DNA from: Thermotogaceae bacterium
Lineage (GTDB): Bacteria > Thermotogota > Thermotogae > MWEM01
Length of the DNA stretch: 64,000 bases
Assembly: GCA_030445775.1 (NCBI GenBank)
Contig: JASUTC010000001.1
Location: forward strand, 28,914 to 92,913
Direction of reading: 5' to 3'
The translations under genes were made by a program, and so were the position numbers. The notes under the pieces were generated by a model. It did not search any database, was not told where the DNA came from, and saw only the letters and a list, made by a program, of their open reading frames with translations. Numbering within the stretch: position 1 is the first letter of the stretch; the number at the start of each line of letters is the position of its first letter. This document shows, one piece after another, positions 47,716-57,141 of this stretch.

Positions 47716-48882
47716 TTATTTCCATTCTCCATAAGTAATCAATTTTGTTTTTTTGTGCTTTACCTCATGCCATTTGTATTTTGCGCCAAATTCTTTACAA
47801 TACTTTTCAAAATATGGAAAAAATCTCTCAATCAACAAAGGAAGATCAATTTTTCCGGTTTCTGAGAAAAGAATCAATAAAACCCTGTTTATATAAGAAA
47901 ACCTGTCTCCTTTTCTAATTTTACTGAACAATTCTTGAGAAAATTTTGGGATATTGATCATTTCCTCAAATCCCCTTTTAAAATGAACAGAAAGTAGTAA
48001 GGATTTTCGGTTTCGAGCGTTTAATTCATAGGCAATAATTTTTTGAAATTCACCTATTTCCAAAAAATTCTCATGTTTTTTAAAATCAACCGGTACTCTA
48101 ATGATCTGATTATTTTTAATAATATCGGACATCATATATTGAATCTTTGCGGGAACAGCAATGGATAATTCATTTTCCAATCTGTTTTTAAATTCCTCAT
48201 AAACTTTCATTGATTCTATTGTCTTATCTTTTTTATTTAAATACTGTAATTTACTCATCACAAGTTCTTCGTTCAAAGGAGCTATGCTTAAACCCTTTTC
48301 ATATAATTCTTCTATCTTGTCTTCAGATTGGAAATTATCGATATCAATAAGTTCTAAAATGATACGGACCGCTTTTTCCTGGTATTCTTTTCTCTTTCTT
48401 TTGGCCCAAGTATAATTGCAAAAGGGTAAATAATCCCCTGTGTAAATGTCAATTGCATCTAACAGAAGACGTTTTTTTATCTCTTGATTGTTTTGTTTTT
48501 CAGCCTGATTAATACTATTTTCAAAAATCTCGAAATCAAAGCCAACCTCCGGAGGTTTGTTTAACCAGCATACATGAGAATTTGATCGGATGAAGAATTT
48601 CCCAAAAGAATCCTTTTCGAATATTTTATCCAACCCTTTTCTTAAATAGTATAAGTTTGATGATAAATTCTGCTTCGCCTTTTCCTCGTTCATTTCCGGC
48701 CAAAAAATATCACATAACTCCTTTTTTTGGACCTTTTTTTCATAATTCGTTAGTAGATACTTAAAAATATCCAGCGATTTCTTTGCTCCCGGAAAATCTG
48801 TTTCGGTCTCTTTTGAATTTTTAAAAAAAATAAATTGTGAAAATGTTTTTATATAAGCATTGTACGATTGTTTACTGAACAT
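47716..48882 (-). CDS. SARP/BTAD-type transcriptional regulator with degenerate GGDEF-like C-terminal domain
   Basis: Winged-helix region (DIFWPE...QNLSSNLYYLRK), BTAD (YTGDYLP...W...PLNEE...ELSIAVP), C-terminal IRKGDRF...LILF. Confidence 0.8.
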   Translation of the reverse strand: MFSKQSYNAYIKTFSQFIFFKNSKETETDFPGAKKSLDIFKYLLTNYEKKVQKKELCDIFWPEMNEEKAKQNLSSNLYYLRKGLDKIFEKDSFGKFFIRSNSHVCWLNKPPEVGFDFEIFENSINQAEKQNNQEIKKRLLLDAIDIYTGDYLPFCNYTWAKRKRKEYQEKAVRIILELIDIDNFQSEDKIEELYEKGLSIAPLNEELVMSKLQYLNKKDKTIESMKVYEEFKNRLENELSIAVPAKIQYMMSDIIKNNQIIRVPVDFKKHENFLEIGEFQKIIAYELNARNRKSLLLSVHFKRGFEEMINIPKFSQELFSKIRKGDRFSYINRVLLILFSETGKIDLPLLIERFFPYFEKYCKEFGAKYKWHEVKHKKTKLITYGEWK

Positions 48883-48906
48883 TTTTGCCTCCGAAATTTC
48901 TTTTTT

Positions 48907-49641
48907 TCACTTTGTGTGTTTTTGCAGGTATGTTTTCAGAACTTCTAATTGTTCCTCTAATTTAATTAAAGACTTTTCGATAGATACTTGATCTTCATTT
49001 TTGGCATATGTTTCAATTCTTTTTAAAGTATCTAAAACTTGTTCAGCATCAAAATTAGTCACACTTCCCTTCAATTTATGCACTGAATTCGCCAATTCTT
49101 CGTATTCTTTGCTATTTGCTATTTCTTTAATTTGCAGTAATTGATGCGGGTAATAATCCAAAAAATCAGAGACAATCTCGCCAACATCTGTACAGTTCTC
49201 CAGCAATTCGTGAAGTTTTTCAATATTGGCAATTTTCATTTCATTTGATGTGTTTATTCTGTGTTTGTTGATTTTATTCAATAAAACCTTTTCTTCAATC
49301 GGCTTTGTTATGTAATCATCTATTCCTGCATTTAAACATTTTTCTTTATCACCTTTCATAGCATGAGCAGTAACTGCAATAACTGTTACTTTAGACAGAT
49401 TTTTTTCTTTTTCATACTCACGTATCTTTCGTGTACATTCTAAACCGTCCATTACTGGCATTTGTATATCCATTAAAATGATATCGTAATGATTTTTTTT
49501 AAAAGCCTCAAAGGCTTTTTCCCCATTGTCAACGACATTAACTTTATGGCCAAGTTTCTCAATAAGTATTCTTATTAGTCTGCGACTAATTAAATCATCC
49601 TCAGCAAGCAATAAAGATAACTGCTTGTCCATGATAATCAC
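48907..49641 (-). CDS. Response-regulator receiver + Hpt domain protein
   Basis: AEDD, ILMDIQMPVMDG, VTAHA, KP receiver motifs; HKLKGS Hpt motif. Confidence 0.9.
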   Translation of the reverse strand: MIIMDKQLSLLLAEDDLISRRLIRILIEKLGHKVNVVDNGEKAFEAFKKNHYDIILMDIQMPVMDGLECTRKIREYEKEKNLSKVTVIAVTAHAMKGDKEKCLNAGIDDYITKPIEEKVLLNKINKHRINTSNEMKIANIEKLHELLENCTDVGEIVSDFLDYYPHQLLQIKEIANSKEYEELANSVHKLKGSVTNFDAEQVLDTLKRIETYAKNEDQVSIEKSLIKLEEQLEVLKTYLQKHTK

Positions 49642-49739
49642 ATCCCTTCATGAATCATGAAAATTTCTTAAGCACATTGTTCGGAATAAAAAAAGCAATT
49701 TTAGTTTATTAACCTATTTTACCACATCGTTTTGATTAC

Positions 49740-51017
49740 TTATTGTAATAAAGAAAAATAATTTCGATAATCTTTTTCAAAGTCTAACAGTTTGAGATAA
49801 TCTGTAATGGAAAAACTTATTTCTTTGGATATAATCTTTTCAAAGTTCTCCTTCTCAAATGCATTGTATGTTCTGCAGACTTTTGGTATGAGATACGAAA
49901 TGTATAAAGGCTCTTTGAATGGATTTGAAAAATAATCACCCGAACTTAAAGGCGACTCGCCGATAAAAACACCTGTGTTTGTCCTATTGCAAAAAGAAAT
50001 CAACGCTTTTATATAAGGATAGATAGAGTACCTTGAAATGAGAAAATACAATTCACCTTGAAAGGAATTGTTTTGAGGAATAATGGCAAATACACCTGTT
50101 TGTTCATGATATCTTGTGACTTGTTTTGGGATCAAATAGCCTTCTTCTTTAGTAAGAAATGACAAAAATATTTGCAGATTATAATAATTCTCACCGTGAC
50201 CTTTTGCATCTGTTAGATCAATCAGCAATTTTGAAGGGTTTGAGTTAATAAGTTCATTCATCACTTTTCTTATGTCATAGATATTTTGCTCTGAATATGA
50301 TAAATCAAGTATCTTCAATACTGTAAATTCTTCGTATGTCTTCAACTCGTACCAAGTTGATTCTATACGATCCTTCCATGATGAAAATTCATTCCACGGA
50401 ACCTGTTTTACCGTTTCTTCAAATTGGTTATCCTCATATGAATATTGAACACTGTATTCATTTGCTTTAAAAAATTCAGGATAAAAATTTAACAGATACC
50501 TTTCACATGCCCAGAATCCTTTTTCTTCTTCCGTTTCTGCATAGATAAATTTCTTGAAATATTCCATAATTTCGTCAACGGATTCCTCGTTTATTGATTT
50601 GATAACAGAACCAGAAGGTATAATATTTCCGAGTGATGATTTGATGATCAATTGACCATCTCTATATTTGAATAAAAGAGGAAAGACATAAGCTGAATGT
50701 AGCGCACCTTCCCAAAAATCCAAATAAGTGAACGTATCCTCAAAATTTGTAAAAGCAGGTGCTAATTTTTCATAATATTCAAAATGACTGACAAATAACT
50801 TTAACTCATCCGATATATTTTCAACATTCCGGGAAAATTCTTTTACCTGATTCTCAGTAACTAAAGGATGTTGTCTGGGTATTTCCGAGAGAATGATCTC
50901 GATTTCTTTATTCAAATTTGGCCTAAAAAGAAAGTTCATCCATGACATAGAAAGGAAATATAATAGAATTGCCAATACCGTAAAGATGATTGTATAAGCG
51001 ATTAAGGTTTTTTTCAT
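49740..51017 (-). CDS. Membrane-anchored protein resembling a degenerate S41 peptidase (PDZ-like plus S41-like fold)
   Basis: N-terminal TM; GSVIKSINEE PDZ-like stretch; LLIDLTDAKGHG, FQGELYFLIS and FIGESP align with S41 blocks but the catalytic motif is altered. Confidence 0.55.
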   Translation of the reverse strand: MKKTLIAYTIIFTVLAILLYFLSMSWMNFLFRPNLNKEIEIILSEIPRQHPLVTENQVKEFSRNVENISDELKLFVSHFEYYEKLAPAFTNFEDTFTYLDFWEGALHSAYVFPLLFKYRDGQLIIKSSLGNIIPSGSVIKSINEESVDEIMEYFKKFIYAETEEEKGFWACERYLLNFYPEFFKANEYSVQYSYEDNQFEETVKQVPWNEFSSWKDRIESTWYELKTYEEFTVLKILDLSYSEQNIYDIRKVMNELINSNPSKLLIDLTDAKGHGENYYNLQIFLSFLTKEEGYLIPKQVTRYHEQTGVFAIIPQNNSFQGELYFLISRYSIYPYIKALISFCNRTNTGVFIGESPLSSGDYFSNPFKEPLYISYLIPKVCRTYNAFEKENFEKIISKEISFSITDYLKLLDFEKDYRNYFSLLQ

Positions 51018-52138
51018 TTTAATCCTCCTTTTAAACTGAAAAAATACCAAATAAAAAGCGGAGCAGAAATAATAAACATGATAATAGACAAGATGTTATA
51101 CGTGTTGATTAATCCTATCAGTTCAACTAATATTCCTCCACCCAGGTAACCAACCAGAAAACCAACGCCTTGGATAATCATCCAAAAAGCAGCTTGTGCT
51201 TTATTTGCTTGTTTCTTAGGGATTTTGAAGTGAATATAATTAAAAATCGAATAATAAATAACGATATAATTCCATCCGTGTAGTATATGTGTTAATATCA
51301 ACTGAGATGGAGTTTGTGCAAGTGGCGTAATAAACAAACGAATACCGATAGCAAAAATACCGGTTGCAACAAGGAACAGAGAACCTGTTTTTTTTATGAT
51401 TGATTTCGCAAATAAAAGAAAAGGTACTTCACAAATTGACAGGACCGCAAAACTAATCCCAACAGTGCTTTCAGGAAAACCTTTTTGAGAGACAAGAACG
51501 GGTAAAAATGAACCACAAAAAGAAACACCCATAATACCTACTGTGGCAGTTATTAACAGAAAAATAAACGTTCTTGAATTTCCGGAACTGTCTGTAGTGT
51601 ATTTTCTTTCACTGACTATTTCGTAAGTCTTAAGTTTTCTTGAAAAAGTAAAAGCTAATATTAGAGCTGTGGTAGAGATAATAAACATAAAGATAAAGCT
51701 AATCTCAAAGAGAAATCCTGAAAGGAGTGAAATAGTTGAAAATCCCACCGTACCCATTAACCTGGCCTTATCCAAATGCATACCTTTTGTCATGAGAGAT
51801 TCCATAACGCCGGCTTCTCCTATAGGAACAATCGATGTGGCGAAAAAGCCGAAAAGAATTAACGCAAACAACTTTGGTAAAAAACCAGGCAATAGATAAA
51901 CGGCCCATACTAATATTGCGGGGGCTAAAATGAGGTATTTCAAAGTTTTTTTCTCTCCGATCCTGTTCCTGAGACTAAACCAAAAAGGATTTGCAATTAA
52001 AGCCATACCAGGTATCACAGCCATTAAAGCCCCGATTTGAACTGGAGAAAAACCCGAATTTTCAAAATATTGTGCCATTATATTGATCATAGCAAGGTTA
52101 GAATAGATAAACCACTCCACCAATGATTCAAATAACAT
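51014..52138 (-). CDS. MFS transporter (MFS_1-like)
   Basis: About 12 TM segments, GFSPVQIG, RLMGTVGF, CEVPF. Confidence 0.85.
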   Translation of the reverse strand: MLFESLVEWFIYSNLAMINIMAQYFENSGFSPVQIGALMAVIPGMALIANPFWFSLRNRIGEKKTLKYLILAPAILVWAVYLLPGFLPKLFALILFGFFATSIVPIGEAGVMESLMTKGMHLDKARLMGTVGFSTISLLSGFLFEISFIFMFIISTTALILAFTFSRKLKTYEIVSERKYTTDSSGNSRTFIFLLITATVGIMGVSFCGSFLPVLVSQKGFPESTVGISFAVLSICEVPFLLFAKSIIKKTGSLFLVATGIFAIGIRLFITPLAQTPSQLILTHILHGWNYIVIYYSIFNYIHFKIPKKQANKAQAAFWMIIQGVGFLVGYLGGGILVELIGLINTYNILSIIMFIISAPLFIWYFFSLKGGLK

Positions 52139-52139
52139 G

Positions 52140-52748
52140 TTATCTTACCCTCTTTAAATGATTATTATAAAAAGTACGTAATTCTCGCGGTGTAGGTGTG
52201 TGAACGCCAACGATATTTAAATCAAGCGCCGTTTTGACATTCTCTTCAGAATCATCAAAAAAAACTGTTTCGGCGGGATTAAGCTTATATTCATTGAGGA
52301 TGTAGCAATAAATCTCCTTTTCAGGTTTTATCATTTTTACATGGGATGAAATGATCAAACCCTCAAACATTTTGAAAAAATCGTATTTATTATAGGCTTT
52401 GTGAAAAGATTCCGAATGAAAATTGGATAGAACAAACAATCTGTAATTATCTTCAAAAAGCTTATAAATAATCTCAACGTTTTCTTCTATAACAGGCAGA
52501 TAATCAATAAAACCTTTGAGTGCAAATTTAATTTCTTTTTTTAATTCAGGGATATTTTTGGAAAATAACTCAACAGCTTGATCAAGAGAAAGGCTTCCTC
52601 TGTCCAACTCAGCCCAGTACTCTGTATCCATCATGTTTTTTTTTAACAAAACAGCTTTTTTTTCATCAAACATGGCTGTTAACAACTTCATAGGTTTCCA
52701 ATCCAGAAGAACCCCACCAACATCAAAAATAACATTTTTATAACACAT
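52140..52748 (-). CDS. HAD-family phosphatase
   Basis: FDVGGVL, LSN, KP, FFDD...N. Confidence 0.9.
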   Translation of the reverse strand: MCYKNVIFDVGGVLLDWKPMKLLTAMFDEKKAVLLKKNMMDTEYWAELDRGSLSLDQAVELFSKNIPELKKEIKFALKGFIDYLPVIEENVEIIYKLFEDNYRLFVLSNFHSESFHKAYNKYDFFKMFEGLIISSHVKMIKPEKEIYCYILNEYKLNPAETVFFDDSEENVKTALDLNIVGVHTPTPRELRTFYNNHLKRVR

Positions 52749-52828
52749 AAAGCCCCCCCTCGGTTTATTCTATTTATGCTATCATAAAGTGTATTAAAAT
52801 GCAATTTTAATATTGATTGATGATCATT

Positions 52829-52860
52829 AAAAAAGGGTGTGATTTCTCACACCCTTTTTT
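52829..52860. terminator. Intrinsic terminator
   Basis: AAAAAAGGGTGTGA-TTTC-TCACACCCTTTTTT perfect stem, 4 nt after the stop of the 46-aa ORF. Confidence 0.88.
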
Positions 52861-52864
52861 ACTC

Positions 52865-53005
52865 TCACTGTGTAACCTTTACTCCTACTATCTTATCTTT
52901 TCCCAATTTCTTTTTGATCTTTATCTTTGCTTCTTTCTGATTAACTGCATCAACACTAACGGATTTAATGATATCTCCGTTCAAATAATCCACGGTGAAC
53001 CTCAT
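52865..53005 (-). CDS. Small 46-aa basic protein (not in ORF track)
   Basis: MRFTVDYLNGDIIKSVSVDAVNQKEAKIKIKKKLGKDKIVGVKVTQ; AGGGGG RBS upstream and a strong terminator directly downstream. Confidence 0.7.
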   Translation of the reverse strand: MRFTVDYLNGDIIKSVSVDAVNQKEAKIKIKKKLGKDKIVGVKVTQ

Positions 53006-53104
53006 AATACCGACCCCCTATATGATGATATGGATAATAATCGACCTACTAATAAAAGACGCAAAGAATCAACAACTTACTTCAAAAGTTATGAAATAAT
53101 GTAA

Positions 53105-53533
53105 TTAAACAATCTCAACAAGTTCTAAATCAAAAACCAATGTTCGTCCCACCAACGGATGATTCCCATCAAGAATCACTTCATCACCAAGGATATCAAC
53201 TACCGTGAAAACAGCAACTTTGTCTCCTTCTCCCTGCATGTTCAGTCTCAAACCAGGCTTTAACTCTAAATCCTTTGGAAATTGAGATTTATCAAAGACA
53301 AAGCGAAGTTTATCGTCATATTCACCATATCCTTCGGCAGGTGGTATTTTTATAGTCTTTTTTTCACCCTCTTCAAGTCCAATTACAGCATTTTCAAATC
53401 CAGGTATAACTTGCTTCCCACCAATTGTAAATTCCAAAGGGTCCCTTTCTCTTGATGAATCAAATTCCGTACCATCTTCCAGTGTTCCCGTGTAATGTAC
53501 TTTTACCGTGTCACCGTTCTTTGCTTTAGACAT
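53105..53533 (-). CDS. FKBP-type peptidyl-prolyl isomerase (SlyD-like, no His-rich tail)
   Basis: VHYTGTLEDGTEFDSS, IPGFE, DGNHPLVG. Confidence 0.93.
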   Translation of the reverse strand: MSKAKNGDTVKVHYTGTLEDGTEFDSSRERDPLEFTIGGKQVIPGFENAVIGLEEGEKKTIKIPPAEGYGEYDDKLRFVFDKSQFPKDLELKPGLRLNMQGEGDKVAVFTVVDILGDEVILDGNHPLVGRTLVFDLELVEIV

Positions 53534-53629
53534 ATACTACTCCTTTCATTTTTGTTGAAACTCAGGTAATAATAATCCAAATTCTTTTTGAATTTTATGA
53601 TTAATCCTTTATCAATGATTCAATTATGA

Positions 53630-54712
53630 TCAATTAGCCGATTTTATTATACCATAAACTTCATCAGATGATTTTCCTATAGCCGTTGGAACTTGAATCT
53701 CACCTGTTAAAATCTTCTTCTGGATTTCTGATAATTGATTTTCGATTTCGGGATTTTCTTTAAGAAAACGTGTAAAATAGTCATTGTATGCAAGTCCAAT
53801 GACCCCTTCTTTTATACCCATAACGACATTTTTCCCGAATTCTAATTCCCCTTTATCATAAAGCTCTATAGCTTTCACAAGGGATTGACCTATATCTTTC
53901 AACATGCTGGTTAAAATGTGATCATTATATTCCGGGTGAGAGGATTCAAAAACAAGATGCGCATCTGAATCAACACCAATTGCCCAAGCATTATTTTCTA
54001 CTGCTGCAGGATAAATACCGTTTCCGGTATTTGCTGCAACGTTAAATATTACATCCGCTCCATTTTGAAACATGACATTAGCCAATTCACGCCCTTTAGC
54101 GGGATCATTCCATATTCCCGCATAGGAAACAAGCACTTTGATTTTTTGATTAATATATTGTGCGCCTTTTACATATCCAACGATGAAATCGTTGACGATA
54201 GGTGAATCAACTCCACCTAAAACCCCTATGGTCTGTAAATCATTGGAAAAGTTCAAATTTTCCGATTGTGAAACTAACGCTGCAAGAGCTCCCGCTAAAA
54301 AGGCTCCCTCATTTTGCTTATAGGAAATCGCAAAGATATTTGACAAATCTCCTTGTGAAAAGTCTATTTTTGCATCATACAATATATATCTGTTATCGGG
54401 ATAAAAACTGGTAATTCTAGTTAATGGATCAACCATTGGCCATGTCCCTACCACGATAATATCGTAATTTCCAAATGCCGAAAGTTCATCAATGGTAGGT
54501 TCCCAAATTGCAGGATTGTACTCCATCTCCACAATCTTCGTTTCAGCACCCATCTCTTCTTCTAAAACACTTAATCCCTTAGCTGCTGAGTCGAAAAAGG
54601 ATTTATCCCCCAGTTCTCCATTAATCAAACAAGCAATCCTTAAAGGATCGGCAAGTACGTTTGATATAAAGATAAAAAAGATAACGAAAATCATTATCAG
54701 GCTATTTTTCAT
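53630..54712 (-). CDS. BMP family ABC substrate-binding protein (nucleoside-binding type)
   Basis: LGDKSF, GAFLAG, WNDPAKG, ADVIF, AIGVDSD, TSMLK; SPase I-type signal (VLA|D). Confidence 0.9.
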   Translation of the reverse strand: MKNSLIMIFVIFFIFISNVLADPLRIACLINGELGDKSFFDSAAKGLSVLEEEMGAETKIVEMEYNPAIWEPTIDELSAFGNYDIIVVGTWPMVDPLTRITSFYPDNRYILYDAKIDFSQGDLSNIFAISYKQNEGAFLAGALAALVSQSENLNFSNDLQTIGVLGGVDSPIVNDFIVGYVKGAQYINQKIKVLVSYAGIWNDPAKGRELANVMFQNGADVIFNVAANTGNGIYPAAVENNAWAIGVDSDAHLVFESSHPEYNDHILTSMLKDIGQSLVKAIELYDKGELEFGKNVVMGIKEGVIGLAYNDYFTRFLKENPEIENQLSEIQKKILTGEIQVPTAIGKSSDEVYGIIKSAN

Positions 54713-54781
54713 TTTCACACCTCCAATTAGTTGATGATATTTTATCATATGAAAACAATCTCATTCTTTCTAACCATTAAA

Positions 54782-54790
54782 TGTTATAAT
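54782..54790 (+). promoter_or_regulatory. Extended -10 element of the long plus-strand operon (fliT-like to dnaB)
   Basis: TGTTATAAT 33 nt upstream of 54823; a divergent TGATAAAAT near 54739-54747 could serve the BMP gene. Confidence 0.55.
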
Positions 54791-54822
54791 ACACGAAAGT
54801 GCTTTTTGGGGGTTGATGTTAT

Positions 54823-55170
54823 TTGAAAAATGCTTTTGATATATTGGTGCAGATTGAGGAGTGTTCAAAAGAAGCGCTGGAAATCATTAAAAACGGCAAA
54901 TTTGAAGAACTGCCAATTGTTCTTGATCAAAGGAGTGAGTTTATTACCTCATTAGATAAAGCGGAAAGTACTGATCTGGGAGCTGAAAAAACAGTGCTAC
55001 ACCGAATTGAAAAATTGGAGTCAAAAATGCTGGAAATACTCAAGAACAGCACAAGCGAGACAAAAGACTCTATTAACACTATTTCAGTTGGAAAAAAGGC
55101 CGTTAAAAATGGATATTTTAAATCAAAATTAGAATATGAAAGACACAATCGTTTCTTAAAGAGAGGGTAA
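54823..55170 (+). CDS. FliT/FlgN-like small helical protein (putative flagellar chaperone)
   Basis: 115 aa, all-helical; FEELPIVLDQRSEFI pattern and C-terminal KAVKNGY...FL resemble FliT-like proteins. Confidence 0.5.
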   Translation: MKNAFDILVQIEECSKEALEIIKNGKFEELPIVLDQRSEFITSLDKAESTDLGAEKTVLHRIEKLESKMLEILKNSTSETKDSINTISVGKKAVKNGYFKSKLEYERHNRFLKRG

Positions 55171-55173
55171 ATA

Positions 55174-56433
55174 GTGAAAAAATTCATTGATAACATACAT
55201 ATTTTAAAAGATGAAACAATCATAGAAAACGGGTTTATAGAAATTGAAGACGGGATTATTTCAAACATTGGAGAAAGTTCAAACAACAAAGCTAATACAT
55301 TGGCACTTGATCTAAAAGGGAAACGCATATTGGCTATTCCTGGAATGATCAATTCCCACACCCATTCAGGAATGGCTGCATTAAAAGGAGCTGGTGATGA
55401 CTTACCTTTTGAGCAATGGTTGTTTCAAACGATCATTCCCCTTGAAGAACAATTAGATGACGAGATGATTTATCTTTCTACAATGATATCTCAAATGGAA
55501 ATGGCAAGAAACGGAATTACAACATTTGTAGATATGTACATGATGCTTGATTCCATCATCAAGGCAGTTGATGAATTTGGAATGAGGGCTTATATTTGTA
55601 GAGGTCTGCAGGATGATTCTTTAGAAGACGGACAGCGGTTGCAAAAAAATATTAAAGCATATGAAAAATATCATGGGACAGCAAACGGAAGAATTTCTGT
55701 GGGCTTTGGTCCACATTCTCCCTACCTCTGCTCAAAAGAATATCTAAAAAAGATTGCAGATGTTGCCCAAGAATTGAATGCCTTGATTCACATTCATCTA
55801 AAAGAAAGCCAAAAGGAAAGTCATCAATATACTTTTAGAGAATTGGCAAATATCGGTTTGTTTAACACACAAACCATAGCTGCCCATTGTGTTTACGCAG
55901 ATTCAGATGACATTCAAGTTTTGAAAGAATTCAACGTTTCCGTTGCTCATAACCCTTCCTCAAATTTGAAACTGGCAAACGGAATAGCACCAATTGAAAA
56001 AATGCATCAAGAGGGCGTTAATGTATGCCTTGGAACTGATAGCGTATCCAGTAACAATTCTTTGGATTTATTTAAGGAAATGTTATTGGCATCACTAATT
56101 CATAAAGGGGAAACAAAAGATCCTCAAGCAATTCCCGCAATTGTTTCATTTAAAATGGCAACTTCAAATGGTGCAAATGCAGTTGGCCAAAAAAACATTG
56201 GACTTTTAGAAAAAGGTATGCGTGCGGATATTGCCTTTTTAGATATGGATAATATCAATCTTTTCCCTCTAATAAAGCCAATTTCGAATATTGTTTATTC
56301 CGGGAGAGGTTCTGATGTCATCGCCACAATGGTGGATGGTGATTTCATATACTATTTTGGCACTTATCCTAAAATCAATGAAGAAGCCATCAAGAAACAA
56401 TTCATGGAAAAATACGTCAAATTGTATAAATGA
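55174..56433 (+). CDS. mtaD: 5-methylthioadenosine/S-adenosylhomocysteine deaminase (amidohydrolase)
   Basis: NSHTH, GPHSPY, HIHLKES, AHCV, HNPSSNLKL, GTDSVSSNN. Confidence 0.85.
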   Translation: MKKFIDNIHILKDETIIENGFIEIEDGIISNIGESSNNKANTLALDLKGKRILAIPGMINSHTHSGMAALKGAGDDLPFEQWLFQTIIPLEEQLDDEMIYLSTMISQMEMARNGITTFVDMYMMLDSIIKAVDEFGMRAYICRGLQDDSLEDGQRLQKNIKAYEKYHGTANGRISVGFGPHSPYLCSKEYLKKIADVAQELNALIHIHLKESQKESHQYTFRELANIGLFNTQTIAAHCVYADSDDIQVLKEFNVSVAHNPSSNLKLANGIAPIEKMHQEGVNVCLGTDSVSSNNSLDLFKEMLLASLIHKGETKDPQAIPAIVSFKMATSNGANAVGQKNIGLLEKGMRADIAFLDMDNINLFPLIKPISNIVYSGRGSDVIATMVDGDFIYYFGTYPKINEEAIKKQFMEKYVKLYK

Positions 56434-56442
56434 AGGTTTTTT

Positions 56443-57126
56443 ATGTCATTTTTCGACAATTTTAATTTAACTGTTTTTTTAAGGCAAATTTTGGTACGTT
56501 CTCCTGCTGTTTTATTTGCTTTAGGTTTACATGAATATGCCCACGCTTTTATGGCGGTTAAACTTGGTGATGATACCCCGATTTTGTTAAAAAGAAATAC
56601 CGTCAACCCTTTAAAGCATATTGATCCTATAGGGTTAGCTTGTTTTATTATTTTAAATTTTGGTTGGTCAAGGAGAATACCCGTTAACAACTTATGGTTA
56701 AAAAACAAAAACAAAGACACGTTTATCATCGCATTTTCAGGTCCGGCCTTTAGTTTAGTATTAGCCATATTGGCGGCTTTTGTTTTTTATGGTTTTGGTA
56801 TACATAAATACAGCTGGTTCTTTAATCCAAATCCAAAAAACACCTTTTTTATTCTTAATTATTTATCCGATGTATTAGGATCATTTATGGTTGTCAATTT
56901 AATCATTGCCATTTTTAATCTAATTCCCATTATGCCTTTAGATGCTTCAGCATTATGGTCTGTATTTATGACCACAAAGCATATGAAAACAGTGATGAAA
57001 TATCAAGTATACGGCATTCTTCTTTTGTTGATTTTGATTATTATGGGGATTATACAAGCAATAATGTATCCAGTCATTTCGGGCTTTAACACCATGTTTA
57101 TTAATTTATCCGGAATATTTGGATAA
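56443..57126 (+). CDS. Site-2 protease (M50 family)
   Basis: HEYAH, NPLKHIDP, SGP, FNLIPIMPLD. Confidence 0.88.
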   Translation: MSFFDNFNLTVFLRQILVRSPAVLFALGLHEYAHAFMAVKLGDDTPILLKRNTVNPLKHIDPIGLACFIILNFGWSRRIPVNNLWLKNKNKDTFIIAFSGPAFSLVLAILAAFVFYGFGIHKYSWFFNPNPKNTFFILNYLSDVLGSFMVVNLIIAIFNLIPIMPLDASALWSVFMTTKHMKTVMKYQVYGILLLLILIIMGIIQAIMYPVISGFNTMFINLSGIFG

Positions 57127-57141
57127 AGTTGGAGGGGTTTT

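Noticed and set aside
52817..53104. 95-aa plus-strand ORF in the track
   Set aside because: It runs through a terminator, has no RBS, and is antisense to a better-supported 46-aa gene.
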